64,000 bases of DNA from Candidatus Oxydemutatoraceae bacterium (GCA_965219575.1 OZ244779.1:64001-128000), one strand, 5' to 3'. Shown: positions 32,301 through 39,612, counted from the first letter of the stretch. Program-made: numbers and translations. The notes: generated from the sequence alone by a model not told the origin.

Positions 32301-33374
32301 CACCTCACCATGAGCAGAACTATTCTCAATGTGTATAATATCGGCATTACCAACTAATCCACCTACCCAGTATTCCCCTTCCACCGTCCCGGTGGCATGA
32401 CTGTTAACAATTCTCCACGCTCTATCTGAAAAACTATCTAATGCTGTCCCAACCCTACCTATTAGTCCACCTACGCTAATAGCTCCGGTAACATTCCCGA
32501 CTGCACGACTATTAATGATTTGACCGGTTCTGAAAAAAGTTTCGGCAGTCGTTCCGACTAACCCACCTACCTCCGCAACTCCCGATACGGTGTTGAATGC
32601 TTGACTATTTTTAATTGTGGAATAAGTGCTACCTACTAAACCACCCACTTTATCGCCTGTTCCTATCACAACGCCGGTTGCAGAACTGTTCTCAAGAACG
32701 GGAGATGCAAGAGATGTAAAACTATTATAACCAACCAGTGCACCTATCCGAGAAACACCTCTTATACTGCCGCTAACATAGCTATTTCTAATTTTTCCGG
32801 GCTCGTTACGAGCAACCAAAGCCCCTACTCTTGATTTCCCCTGAATATTCACATCCAGTAGCCGAATATCCTTAATTTCCCCCCCGACACCATTAACAGC
32901 AAATAGACCGACATTATCGCTATTAGGCCTATTGATCGTCAAATTTCGGATAGCATAACCATTACCTTCAAACGTACTATCCTGGACTATATTCCCACTC
33001 CCGAAAGGTGCTACAACACTCCCGATCGGTAGCCAACCCGAACCTACCACCCAATCCGTGCGAATTACTCCACTGCGATAACTGTTAGCATCTAGAAAAT
33101 CTAAACCTCTCATCAGCTCATAACCCCTACAACGATTACCGGGACAACCTGCGGTGATCTTCTCTGCCGACTCGTTAGCTTTATAACCGGTGCCGTCCAG
33201 TTGATAACGGATGACATTCAGCCCCTCCAAATCGCAAATATCTATTAACCCATCGTTATCCTTGTCTATATCGGTCAAAGAACAAGGAGATAAAGGCAAT
33301 GTCTGTGCCGCGGCAAACTGCCATGGCATAGCACAAAGAAAAAATGCCAATAGAATAAATATTTTGTGTGCCAA
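17352..33374 (-). CDS. Giant secreted adhesin-like protein, 5340 aa (GLUG-type beta-helix regions, cadherin/Ig-like repeats, KVFLEGPLQ tail)
   Basis: Signal peptide, DIDKDNDGLID Ca-type loops, many VGGLVG/VGGFIG repeats, about 7 repeated modules ending YTDGQGY. Confidence 0.88.
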   Translation of the reverse strand: MAHKIFILLAFFLCAMPWQFAAAQTLPLSPCSLTDIDKDNDGLIDICDLEGLNVIRYQLDGTGYKANESAEKITAGCPGNRCRGYELMRGLDFLDANSYRSGVIRTDWVVGSGWLPIGSVVAPFGSGNIVQDSTFEGNGYAIRNLTINRPNSDNVGLFAVNGVGGEIKDIRLLDVNIQGKSRVGALVARNEPGKIRNSYVSGSIRGVSRIGALVGYNSFTSLASPVLENSSATGVVIGTGDKVGGLVGSTYSTIKNSQAFNTVSGVAEVGGLVGTTAETFFRTGQIINSRAVGNVTGAISVGGLIGRVGTALDSFSDRAWRIVNSHATGTVEGEYWVGGLVGNADIIHIENSSAHGEVVATGIAIGVGGLVGLINEKGGRIDKSHATGSVTGIRRVGGFLGGAIGAIDFDDSYATGSVTGIRRVGGFIGHALGGSITNSYAIGMVQVRQRSENIGGFIGQSGGTRIMNSYAIGNVQGGQGGSRVGGFIGSTDDVNIINGYATGRVQGGEESRGVGGFIGISLVGSIRNSHAIGNVEGDIVTGGFIGQSEGTRIINSYAASHVGGRGTVGGFIGFSSAVITDSYATGSVAAVQTVGGFIGVAEGGSITNSYAASHVRGGETVGGFVGFSSAVITNSHATGNVTAGNDGGGFVGFHDTDGSITNSYATGNVVAESGAGGFVGFHLSVITNSYATGNVVAERDAGGFNAAGSGVITHSYWDRQTSGRASSVGGRGKTTSELQLPTTSTGIYSSWDDDVWDFGTSEQYPALKYSDGTLQPNQRLGLLRLGLPSSLILSPFFKPEVLSYRVIDETDIRQIRLTPAAANFDTDIIIESSGGFRERMPSGTTSSEISLNTVGVTTATVEVLTSHDVLIRYTLAFNDRTFNEGERIILKRTTARDVDESTLRYKWTQVSGMLRLLPVEGISQAVLDVPIPELSLSKTEDDREITIRLEINDGTKTETKDLRLTIAKADNGTAVQSDPIITRSDRTLTAPEVDLSTDPDGSGTINSYLWQRRADINADWIDIEGVTGNMYRVPEDTAYAEYRVQYAYTDGQGYVQVLISEVFIFITDVDIDNNGLIEINDLEGLDAIRYQLDGSGYRQNETADKITTGCPDAGCKGYELKRSLDFERSTSYRSGIIGTAWTTGSGWLPIGTSKAPFDATFNAKGHTIANLRIDRSSAARGVGLFGITASNAEIANVGLLDVNISGNQGVGGLVGYKQGGSIIGSYVTGQVRGSGTYDVGGLVGWHRGGTISDSYSSSTVVGLRRNVGGLVGDNDGGTISDSYAKGNVNGEEEVGGLVGRNNNTGIIMRSRAEVKVDGGGRVGGLAGENSGIITNSYTGERIIGRADVGGLAGWNSGAITNSYALGFVKGDNGVGGFVGNNLQGTITNSYARGNVDGANRYIGGLVGWSARGAIINSYAQGNVRGKDGVGGLVGVNLGLANNSGVGRVTKSYATGRVRGDANSGGLIGENRDGHVEKSYWNKTNNPTVVSAGGISRTSVEMQIPTQPGNSVTEIYYDWSTADWDFSATDQYPTLEYAVGLDQSQPACGTAEDPDCGTPLTGQLQIVRTAPIEPISDIRLLTETVKDLNVVLSVGIGDDPTQFKTGVKSSNDNIATASIAEGGGLVRTLRVFTGSDIGRSEITVSVDDGEGSADSVSSTTFVVTTETNDAPKITITSLSELISVDDRIVISVEVMDDNFDAGDRVLLTSSVVSEVLVEPRQIAGISSNKTERITLKGVRGGTAMVRFTVIDSKGAADSETVSVRVDAKPTGSVRIEPDSSNKWLLGSTSTIEDANGIAEVDYRWYRNGVVIANATNRNYMIADNREGRATGTSYRLELTVIDSIGQSVVIQSNSLRVANERPVIISTTATKMIGEGDTQNISVSASDPNYDNLMYRWSEDSGILSNEHSNPAILGIPPDYIKDAASTRTTVNLEVRVSDGELATTGTVSVVVNKQNNGSATLGNLIEIGSRETTLAVMVLSDDPDNGVSGAVGYQWQVCEGNEGRCPSESNWMNINDAGGTQYIISDSSILLEDGSTLPLVVGDSLFRVEGTYTDGQGYSEVVYSQGYSYSGRVNASPTISGLPLQRIRLFEGTETTLNVTINDADADDISGNLVFGVQSDIPEVARVDVAGAGTTRTIKITAIGAGIATITATVNDDRGVSNSKVSERFEVEVEGNEAPMLEVIAAPEQTTGLGNTTQVVVLVSDTNFDVGDRVVLEAMSSSRSRVSVLPTQTDTITTDTMITFMLTAEQSGEATITFTATDSKNVSTDTEVMVRVNTPPQVLSDDVPSRVVATVGEAFELKTSEFFADADDDVLRYSAVGLPQSIVITTTGTLVGVPLIGDASKNGTGLMVTVSVDDGIGGSTRTTFTLLIDAKPSGSLRVNPDDQWLLTAMVEDANGIVEVNYRWYRNGVAIASATSPTYTIPDNRAGRAAGTNYSLELTVIDSIEQSVVIQSNSYMIANERPIITSITVAEMINEGDTQDISVIARDPNYDDLMYRWSEDSGVLSNDNSNPTTLGIPPDYIQDAVSSRTTVNLEVRVSDGELATTGTVSVVVNKRNNGSARLGTSIEIVSAGTTLTTMVLSDDPDNGMSGAVAYQWQVCAGNEAGCPSANDWLDIDDATGTQYMILGSSISVEGGDLFLLVEGRSLFRVEGAYTDGQGYREEVYSQGYSYSKRVNASPTINGLPVQRIRLLEGTKTEFEVELNDPDADDISSDLVFGIQSDIPEVARVDVEGAGTTRTIKITAIGVGITTITATVNDGRGMSNSEVSERFEVEVEGNEAPMLEVIVFPQQILGLGNTTQVMVLISDINFDVGDRVVLEAMSSSRSIVSVIPTRTDPIATDMSVPFTLSGIKAGTATIVFTATDRSVSTDSVSLLVSVDAKPTGGVRVDPDDQWLLTAIVEDANGIVEVNYQWYREGVAIAGATSPTYTIADNREGRAAGTSYSLEMTVIDSLGQSVVIRSNSYTVANERPIITVPVAKMISEGDTQDISVTASDPNYDDLMYLWIGDSGVLSNENSNPARLSIPPYYIRDAVSTQTILNLEVGVSDGELFTTRTVLVVVNKKNNGSARLGLSLDEINGDTAIMTTVSSDDPDGGTGEAVAYQWQVCEGNGFFCPSENDWLDIEGATEAQYIISGSSILLEGGSRFQIVKDSSVFRAEATYTDGQGYSETIDAPRYTHRERVNNSPKISGIPLQRIRLFKGTETKFVVVLSDADTDDISSDLIFGIQSDEPEVVSVSVEGAGTTRTIKITAIGVGIATVTATVNDGRGVSNSEVSKQFEVEVEGNEAPMLEIIIAPQLAIKPGNTTQVVVLVSDTNFDIGDRVVLEAMSSSRSIVSVVPTQTDTITTDTSITFTLTGVKAGTAAITFIVMDGAGLRGSVALSVRVNARPNDSVSITPDDTNKWLLRSTSTIADASDIVGVNYRWYRNSIAITDATSRTYMITDNRAGRATGTSYRLDLIIMDNLGQSVVIESNLYVIANERPVITSITAAEMIAEGDTQNISVSASDANYDDLMYRWSEDSGILSNEHSNPATLNVPPDYIKDVASTRTTLNLEVEVSDGELATTSAVLVEVRKKNNGSATIRISVEIGSRGTTSTAMILSDDPDGGTSGTMVYQWQVCEGNEGRCPSQSHWMNIDDAGGIRYMISGSSILVEDGSTFPLVEGGSLFRVEGTYTDGQGYREEVYSQGYSYSTRVNASPTISGLPAQRIRLFEGTEAEFEVELNDLDADDISSNLVFGVRSDTPEVARVDVAGAGTTRTIKITGVGAGIATITATVNDDRGVSNSKVSERFEVEVEGNEAPMLEVIAVPMQTIGLGNTTQVVVLLSDTNFDVGDRVVLEAVSSSRSRVSVLPTQTDTITTDTIITLMLTAKQSGEATITFTATDSKNVSTDTEVMVRVNTPPQVLFDNVPSRVVATVGEAFELKTSEFFADADDDVLRYSAVGLPQSIVITTTGTLVGVPLIGDASKNETGLMVTVFVDDGIGGSTRTTFTLLIDAKPSGSLRIEPDNSDKWLLRAASTIEDANGIVEVDYRWYRNGVAIAGATSQTYTIPDTRAGRTAGTSYSLEMMVVDSIGQSVIIQSNSHTIANERPVIIVSGAEMINEGDTQDISVSASDPNYDDLMYRWSEDSGVLSNDNSNPATLGIPPDYIKDAASARTTLNLEVRVSDGALFTTRTLSVVVNKRNNGSARLGTAIEIVSAGTTLTTMVLSDDPDNGINGAVAYQWQVCAGNEAGCPSANDWLDIDDATGTQYMILGSSISVEGGSAFPLVEGGSLFRAAGTYTDGQGYREAVYSQGYSYSTRVNVSPTISGLPARRIRLLEGTETEFEVVLNDADADDISSDLVFGIQSGTPEVARVDVEGAGTTRTIKITAIGVGIATITATVNDGRGVSNSEVSERFEVEVEGNEAPMLEVIAAPNRTIGLGNTTQVMVLVSDADFDVGDGVVLEAMSSSRSIVSVIPTRTDPIATDMSVPFTLSGIKAGTATIVFTATDRSVSTDSVSLLVSVDAKPTGGVRIEPDSSNQWLLRVASTVEDANGIVEVNYQWYREGVAIANATNPTYTIPDSRNGRAVGTSYSLEMTVMDSLGQSVVIRSNPYEVANEQPVITVPVAEISEGDRQDISVTASDPNYDDLVYRWIGDSGVLSNENSNPARLSIPPYYIRDAVSTQTILNLEVEVNDGELFTTRTVLVVVNKKNNDFARLGVSLDEINGDTAILATVSSDDPDGGTGEAVAYQWQVCEGNGFSCPSANDWLDIDGANEAQYIISGSSILLEGGSRFQIVKDISVFRAEATYTDGQGYRETIDTPGYTHRERVNNSPTISGIPSQRISLLEGAEAVFGVELSDADADDISSDLIFGIQSDEPEVASVSVAGAGTTRTIKITGIGAGITTVTATVNDRRGVSNSEVSKRFEVAVEGNEAPMLELIAAPQPAIRLGNTTQVMVLISDTNFDVGDGVVLAARSSSRTIVSVIPTQTDTITTDTSITFTLTGVIAGTATVVFTATDSRGSTANVSLLVRVGKKPTGRVRIEPDNSNKWLLRATSTLEDADNIVGVNYRWYREGVAITDATSRTYMIADNKLGRATGTSYRLDLIIMDNLGQSVVIQSNSYIVANERPVITSTTATEVIGEGDTQNISVSASDANYDDLMYRWSEDSGVFSNDNSNPATLDIPPDYIKDAASTRTTLNLEVEVSDGELATTSAVLVEVRKKNNGSATIRISVEIVSGGTTLTAMILSDDPDGGTSGTVVYQWQVCEGNEGRCPSESHWMNIDDAGGIRYMISGSSILVEGGNRFSVVEDGSLFRVKGTYTDGQGYREAVYSPERVYTTRPLLRIRTKVFLEGPLQ

Positions 33375-33398
33375 TTTTTTAATGGCTGCCGTGCTTGT

Positions 33399-36092
33399 TT
33401 ATGGTGGCGGACGATTTGAGACAGCCGTGTGCATGCGGTATAACACAACTATCGCAAGCAATAAGAGTAGCAACAACGGATAACCCACAAAACCACCACT
33501 GCTACTGCTACTACGATTCTCCGCTTCTCTCATCTCACTCTCCGACAAAAGGTTCTCGTCGCTGACCGTGAACTCATAATACCCTCTACCCCCCTCGGCA
33601 TGGGCAACCGATGCTAAATAATCACCCGCTCTAGGGGCAATCCATTCAATGCTCGATACATCGCTGCCACGATAACGCTCACTTCGCTCTATTAAACTCG
33701 TCCCGTCAGGCTCGTATAAGCTCAAATCCGTCGCCATTCGGGTATTATCGTAGCCCATTAAATTACTCGTCTGTAGATAATAGCTTTCACCCTCGCGCAT
33801 CGTATTAAACACATACCAATTCACCTGGCCGGCACGCTCGATTGAACTTTTATCCAAATACGGTATGCTCGTAATCGTCGTCGGTTGAACCGACAACGGC
33901 GGTGGCATCAGCTTCTCTTCGGTATTCACCACATCTACTTGGTCATAAACAACCCGCTCAAATATCGGGGCCTGTTGCGGCACCGTCGGCACATTGAAAA
34001 TTGCAGAGTCGCCCGGTGACAGCACCGGATGATATAACAAACTCGTATCGTCCAACAATGCATGACCGTCAAGGTTGCTTACGGTCACCTTAATCTCGCA
34101 TATCCCGTCTTGAGAATAATCCGCCAACATCGCCGAATACAAACCGTCGGCGGCAGTCTCATCCGGCGCATTGCCGTCGTCGGTCAATACAACAGACATC
34201 GTAGAATCATCCGGCATCGTAATATCCGCCTTCACATCGGCACGGGTTATCGGCAACCCACCGGCGACATTGACCAAAATCGGGATAGGCTCGGGATAGG
34301 TGACCACCTCGCTCGGAACCTCCTGAACGATAATTTCCGCACCGGCATTGATGCCGACAACGATATCGCTACGCACCGCCGCCTCATACGCAAAGTTTCC
34401 GGTACCGGTAATCCGCACTTCCCATATACCCGGTGTCGGGGAACCGATATAATAGATTGCTTGTGTATCGCTTTCTAAATAACGCACCCCGTCGGTTGCT
34501 AAGTTGTCGGCATATGCTTGATCTATAATCACACCGGTCGGGTCTTGTAGCGTAAAGCTGTCAAAGTAAGCATCATCATCCCACCTCAAAATAAAACTTG
34601 CCGACTCGGTCATCTCCGATATGACCGTATCGGTCGTCACCACATCCTCAAAGAAGCGATTATGCAACGATACCGATTTTGCCAACTGGGCATTGCGGAT
34701 TAACGACTCATTCCTGAATACACTAGGCAAAAAGCTAGGCAGTCTTTGTGAGTCTACTTCCATCTTGAATCGGTTCCTCGTCTTTAGCGTGGCATCCTGC
34801 AAAACCACCCGACCCTCGGTATCCAGTTCCACCGTGTAGACCGATATGCCGTTGTCCTTAAAATACCCGTAGTCCGACTGTTCGGTCTCGCCGTCGGAAA
34901 TGATGACCAGTGCGCGATGACCGTCGCTCGCTACATTCGCAAAAAGTGTCTGTGCCTCCGCCAAAGCCGCTTCATAGTCGGTGCCACCGTCGGCAACCAA
35001 TGAATCAATCACCGACTGGATCATCCTCAGGTTTTCTATAGCATCCAATCGGCTCGGCATCACTTCGGTTCTGGCAATGTCGTCAAAACCGATAATTCCC
35101 AGTTCTATCGGAGGAGCCTCTGCATAGAGTACCTCTACTACATCTTTGGTAGCTTGTTTTGCCACTGCCAATCGTTGATTATCCCCCATACTCGCAGAAT
35201 GATCCATCATCATAACAACGGTGCCGGTACTTGAAACCCAATCGATTGTCGGCGGCGTGCAGGTATAAGAGTCGAATAGCCGATCAAAATCCGGCAAACC
35301 GACACCTGCTTGGAATAAATGGTCTTGTCTCGGGAAACGTGCGTTCAGTTGGTCTGCCCTAATACGATCAAGGTAGGCCGGTTGTATAAGGACTTCCCAT
35401 GCCGATTTCCCGTAACAATCTGATTGCACAGTGATGATATTTCCTTCCTTCGGATAATCTCCGGGATGACTAAACCTACGAAAATCTTTGTTTATTACCC
35501 CCATTAGAGTAGGCAGTTCATTATGCAATGTCACAGTTATTTGGCATGAAGCCGCCAAGGCAAAAGTATATTCATCGTATAGAGACCATAGACTATGGCC
35601 TAGTTCGTGGGCCATAACCAGACCACCAACATTCGGGATATGATGAATAAGTCGTTCAATAGACGGTTTCCCATAAGTAAACCCTCCTAGAGCGGCATTT
35701 GATATTCCTGGAGAATTACGGTAAGTGACATCGGCAGGACGTCCATCCGTATAAATAGAAACTCTGCGTATCCTTGAATTAGCCACAGAGGATTGACACC
35801 AAGAATTCGCAAATTGTCTAATCTCTTCGTTTACAGCATCTCTGTTCTCGCCTTCCCACTCCGAAGGATCAGCTGGACGCATTGAATACGAAATATCACA
35901 TTCTACAATTTTACCCTGATTGTTGTTCACAACCTCGCATTGCGAGTAAACCGGGCTAGCCCATAAACTCAAAAAGATCAAAACAAGCAGGGAAAGTTGC
36001 TTATCGTGGGAGTGAAACTGTACACCTGCTCCCCCCAACAACATTTTTTTGATGTAAGACTTATAATAACATCCGTTGTAGTGTTCTAACAT
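33399..36092 (-). CDS. CLCA-like zinc metalloprotease-vWA surface protein with GlyGly-CTERM anchor
   Basis: HELGH...LYDEY, MIDAS DHSAS, ISDG, DDGNAPDETAADGLYS, SSSSGG-TM-R tail; start uncertain. Confidence 0.8.
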   Translation of the reverse strand: MLEHYNGCYYKSYIKKMLLGGAGVQFHSHDKQLSLLVLIFLSLWASPVYSQCEVVNNNQGKIVECDISYSMRPADPSEWEGENRDAVNEEIRQFANSWCQSSVANSRIRRVSIYTDGRPADVTYRNSPGISNAALGGFTYGKPSIERLIHHIPNVGGLVMAHELGHSLWSLYDEYTFALAASCQITVTLHNELPTLMGVINKDFRRFSHPGDYPKEGNIITVQSDCYGKSAWEVLIQPAYLDRIRADQLNARFPRQDHLFQAGVGLPDFDRLFDSYTCTPPTIDWVSSTGTVVMMMDHSASMGDNQRLAVAKQATKDVVEVLYAEAPPIELGIIGFDDIARTEVMPSRLDAIENLRMIQSVIDSLVADGGTDYEAALAEAQTLFANVASDGHRALVIISDGETEQSDYGYFKDNGISVYTVELDTEGRVVLQDATLKTRNRFKMEVDSQRLPSFLPSVFRNESLIRNAQLAKSVSLHNRFFEDVVTTDTVISEMTESASFILRWDDDAYFDSFTLQDPTGVIIDQAYADNLATDGVRYLESDTQAIYYIGSPTPGIWEVRITGTGNFAYEAAVRSDIVVGINAGAEIIVQEVPSEVVTYPEPIPILVNVAGGLPITRADVKADITMPDDSTMSVVLTDDGNAPDETAADGLYSAMLADYSQDGICEIKVTVSNLDGHALLDDTSLLYHPVLSPGDSAIFNVPTVPQQAPIFERVVYDQVDVVNTEEKLMPPPLSVQPTTITSIPYLDKSSIERAGQVNWYVFNTMREGESYYLQTSNLMGYDNTRMATDLSLYEPDGTSLIERSERYRGSDVSSIEWIAPRAGDYLASVAHAEGGRGYYEFTVSDENLLSESEMREAENRSSSSSGGFVGYPLLLLLLLAIVVLYRMHTAVSNRPPP

Positions 36093-36183
36093 TTTATAAC
36101 TCTATATGACTTCATAATAATATTATAAGCAAAAACAGTGTCGCAACTGCAAGTTTTATGTAACTCACCGAAATAAGTATCAT

Positions 36184-36426
36184 TTATTGGAGAGGGCCTT
36201 CTAAAAATACTTTGGTGCGAATTCCTAAGCAGCGGACGACCGGTACCGTCCGGTTGATAGCGAATGGCATTCAATCGCTCCAAGTCGCAAATATCGATCA
36301 GTTATCGTTATCCTTGTCTATATCGGTCAACGAACAAAGGGATAACGGCGATGTCTGCGTCGTGGCAAACTGCCACGGCATAGCAAACAACACAAATATC
36401 TATAGGATAAGTATTTTGTATGTCAA
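36184..36426 (-). pseudogene. Internally deleted relic of the giant gene (first ~190 nt fused to last ~55 nt)
   Basis: Matches 33187-33374 and 17352-17406; contains a stop and frameshifts. Confidence 0.85.
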
Positions 36427-36444
36427 TTTTTGACAACCCTCGCT

Positions 36445-36864
36445 TCAATCTTTTTCTATATCAATGATGCGCCCCGATGTTTTGCATCTAAAACGGGAAA
36501 CCCGTCTAACATTCAAATACGGCATCAAATATCTGATAATGAAAAAACGGCGTGTCAACGGCAACAAACACAAAAGACCGACAGCATCGGTGAAAAATCC
36601 GGGTGCGATCAATAACAATCCGCCTACCAAACATAAGAAACTCTCTGCCAACGCTATCTCCGGCGGCTCGCCTCGGGCTACGGTTTCTCTAAATCTTCTC
36701 ATCGTTGCAAATCCTTGATTTTGCAACACTAAAATACCGATGAGCGCAGTGATGAATATCAGGGCGATCACCGTTAATGCGCCGATTTCGGCACCGATGA
36801 CGATGAACAAATAAATCTCAAGCAGAGGGAGGACAATAAAAATAATTCCGAGTGATAAACGCAT
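36445..36864 (-). CDS. fxsA: FxsA membrane protein
   Basis: PLLEIYLFIVIG, LLIAPGFFTD; start taken at ATG 36864. Confidence 0.9.
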   Translation of the reverse strand: MRLSLGIIFIVLPLLEIYLFIVIGAEIGALTVIALIFITALIGILVLQNQGFATMRRFRETVARGEPPEIALAESFLCLVGGLLLIAPGFFTDAVGLLCLLPLTRRFFIIRYLMPYLNVRRVSRFRCKTSGRIIDIEKD

Positions 36865-36908
36865 GACGTTACAATATAATAAATCGTGAAAATTAGCTAG
36901 GAATATAA

Positions 36909-37223
36909 ATGGACAACTTAATTTCTTTGGTGCAAAGCAGTATAGATAAATACGAACAAGCAGAGCGTATTGCCGACACACTGATAGAGGAGAAACTTTG
37001 TGCGTGTATTCATATTGTAGGACCTATGACTTCTATTTATCGCTGGGACGGGCGCGTCGTCAACGACCAAGAATATCTGCTCAGTGCTAAAACGGCGCGG
37101 GCTAAAGTCTCGGCATGCAAAACTCGTTTGATGCAACTGCATACTTATGATTTACCGGAAATCATCGTTCTGCACATAGATGACGCAAGCGAGGATTATG
37201 CAAAGTGGGTTTGCAATCAATGA
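36909..37223 (+). CDS. cutA: Divalent-cation tolerance protein CutA
   Basis: SIYRWDG, HTYDLPEI. Confidence 0.92.
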   Translation: MDNLISLVQSSIDKYEQAERIADTLIEEKLCACIHIVGPMTSIYRWDGRVVNDQEYLLSAKTARAKVSACKTRLMQLHTYDLPEIIVLHIDDASEDYAKWVCNQ

Positions 37224-39025
37224 TGTCTTGCATTAGAAATCTGTTGGTGCTTTGCTTGCTTGTATCGGCAGATGCCGTGTTTGCGCAGAACTCTGTCATC
37301 GTCCAACAACAGGATGAATTCCTGCCACCCGACGAAGCGTTTGCGTTGCGTGTCGAGCGTATCTCTTCCGAGCGTTATGTCGCACAGTGGCGGATTGCGC
37401 CCGAATACTATATTTACCGAGATAAAACAACCATTGTCGAGCAGGATGGCAATCGTCCGAGCCAATACCAAATGCCGGCAGGCGAGATACTGGAGGATCC
37501 CTTCTTCGGTAAAACCGAAGTCTATCGCGATGTGCTTTCGGTGCCGTTTATAGCTCAAGGCGAGGCGGTGACACTCTCTTATCAAGGTTGTGCCGATGCC
37601 GGGTTGTGCTACCCCGTGCAAACCAAACAATTCCTACTCGCCGATGCCACACCGGTCGGCGGCGCAACGATGAGTGACGGTGGCGGCGGTAGCGCACAAA
37701 AATCCGAACAGCAGTCGCTTGCCGACTACTTGCGTGATACTAAGCTATGGCTTGCGGCAATTGCTTTCTTCGGCATGGGGTTGCTATTGGCATTTACACC
37801 CTGCGTGTTGCCTATGGTGCCGATTCTTTCTATGGTTATCACTATGGCAAAACAAAGCGCATCACCACACAAAGCATTCACCTTGTCTCTCGTCTATGTG
37901 TTGTCTATGGCAATCACATTTAGTATCGCCGGTATTGCGGTTGCACTATACGGGCAAAATATACAGGCGTGGTTCCAAAGACCCATGGTACTGGTGCCGT
38001 TCGCCGCAGTCTTCGTATTGCTCGCATTGGCGATGTTCGGTACTTATGAACTCAGGCTACCGGTATCGCTGCAAACCCGCTTAAGTCAAGTCGGTCAAAA
38101 CCGGCAAGGTAGCCTATACGGTGCTGCAACAATGGGGCTTTTATCTTCTCTGGTCGTTAGCCCGTGTGTGACCCCGCCGCTAATCGGCGCATTGTTATTC
38201 GTCGCCCAAAGCGGTGACATCGCAACCGGCGGTGTCGCCTTGCTCTTTCTAGGCCTAGGAATGGGGGCACCGCTTTTATTGGTAGGCACTTCGCTGTCGA
38301 AGTTAATGCCCAAACCCGGACCCGCATTGGACATATTCAAAAACATATTCGGCTTTATTATGCTGGGTTTTGCGATATGGCTTCTAGACCGCATCGCCAC
38401 CGGTTATGCGACGATGCTGTTGGCAGGCATACTACTACTTTCCTTCGCCGTCTATCTGATGAACTTAAAACTTGCCACCCCACCGGCACGGTTGTCTGTG
38501 ATAATGATTACGCTTGTCGCGACTCTTTACGGAACGCTATGGTCGGTGAATGCAATTGTCGGGAGAAGCAGTCTATGGCTGCAACCTTGGATGATACAGG
38601 CGGACAACCTACACGCATCCGAAACACCCCATCGCTTTGTGCGCTACACCGCACTAGCAGAGGTGCGCGAGGCGATTACTCAAGCGGAAGCAGTAGAAAA
38701 ACCCGCAATACTCATCTTTTATGCCGACTGGTGTATCAGTTGCAAAGAACTTGAAAATTTCACTTTCGCAAACTCTTCGGTGCAACAAGCAATGAACGAC
38801 TTTTCGGTCTTTGAAGCCGATGTGACCATACCCGATGCGAATAGCGAAGAGATGCTCAAGCAATTCGGCTTGTTCGGACCGCCGGCCATTTTGTTTTTCG
38901 ACACCAGAGGCGAAGAAATTCCGCAAATGCGCATCGTCGGTTTTATCGGTGCCGATTCCTTCGTAGAACATCTAGGAGACGCGCGCAAACTAAGCCACCG
39001 CATTACAGATAAAACAAATACCTAA
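37220..39025 (+). CDS. dsbD: Thiol:disulfide interchange protein DsbD
   Basis: QGCADAGLCY, FTPCVLPM, SPCVTPPL, WCISCK. Confidence 0.95.
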   Translation: MMSCIRNLLVLCLLVSADAVFAQNSVIVQQQDEFLPPDEAFALRVERISSERYVAQWRIAPEYYIYRDKTTIVEQDGNRPSQYQMPAGEILEDPFFGKTEVYRDVLSVPFIAQGEAVTLSYQGCADAGLCYPVQTKQFLLADATPVGGATMSDGGGGSAQKSEQQSLADYLRDTKLWLAAIAFFGMGLLLAFTPCVLPMVPILSMVITMAKQSASPHKAFTLSLVYVLSMAITFSIAGIAVALYGQNIQAWFQRPMVLVPFAAVFVLLALAMFGTYELRLPVSLQTRLSQVGQNRQGSLYGAATMGLLSSLVVSPCVTPPLIGALLFVAQSGDIATGGVALLFLGLGMGAPLLLVGTSLSKLMPKPGPALDIFKNIFGFIMLGFAIWLLDRIATGYATMLLAGILLLSFAVYLMNLKLATPPARLSVIMITLVATLYGTLWSVNAIVGRSSLWLQPWMIQADNLHASETPHRFVRYTALAEVREAITQAEAVEKPAILIFYADWCISCKELENFTFANSSVQQAMNDFSVFEADVTIPDANSEEMLKQFGLFGPPAILFFDTRGEEIPQMRIVGFIGADSFVEHLGDARKLSHRITDKTNT

Positions 39026-39030
39026 AAACG

Positions 39031-39600
39031 ATGACCATCCGCAGCCGTCTCATACTGATCACTGCACTACTATCCGCTGCAATCGGTGCTTTTACCGCCT
39101 TTTATATAAACTACTACCTTTTGCCCGAAGCTACGACGGCAACAGACCATCCGTTGATCGGCACCGCGCGTCCCGATTTCAGTCTTTACGATCTAGATGA
39201 AAACTATACCTCGGTTTCAACTTGGGACGGAAAAATTGTGCTACTAAATTTTTGGGCAGCGTGGTGTCCACCGTGTCGCCGAGAAATTCCGGTATTTAAC
39301 GAAGTCCGTGAATTTTTCCACGACGACGGCTTTGAGGTCGTCGGCATTGCGATTGACGAAAAAGAAAAAGTCTTGGAGTTTCTGGAATCTATGCCTCAAG
39401 TGCGGTATCCCCAACTGATCGGCTACGACGACGCTTTGACGATTGCATCGGTGCTCGGCAACCAATCGGGCGGACTCCCGTACAGCGTGATACTCGATCG
39501 GCAAGGCACGATCCGCTATATCAAAGCCGGTGAACTCGACAAGCAAACACTCATCTCGCAGATTGAACCGTTGCTCGCCTTGATTGCCGGCAAAGACTAG
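39031..39600 (+). CDS. TlpA-family thioredoxin-like disulfide reductase
   Basis: N-terminal TM, NFWAAWCPPCRRE. Confidence 0.9.
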   Translation: MTIRSRLILITALLSAAIGAFTAFYINYYLLPEATTATDHPLIGTARPDFSLYDLDENYTSVSTWDGKIVLLNFWAAWCPPCRREIPVFNEVREFFHDDGFEVVGIAIDEKEKVLEFLESMPQVRYPQLIGYDDALTIASVLGNQSGGLPYSVILDRQGTIRYIKAGELDKQTLISQIEPLLALIAGKD

Positions 39601-39612
39601 CATTGAGTTAAT

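Noticed and set aside
36086-36283. 65-aa ORF
   Set aside because: Frameshifted read-through of the deleted giant-gene relic.
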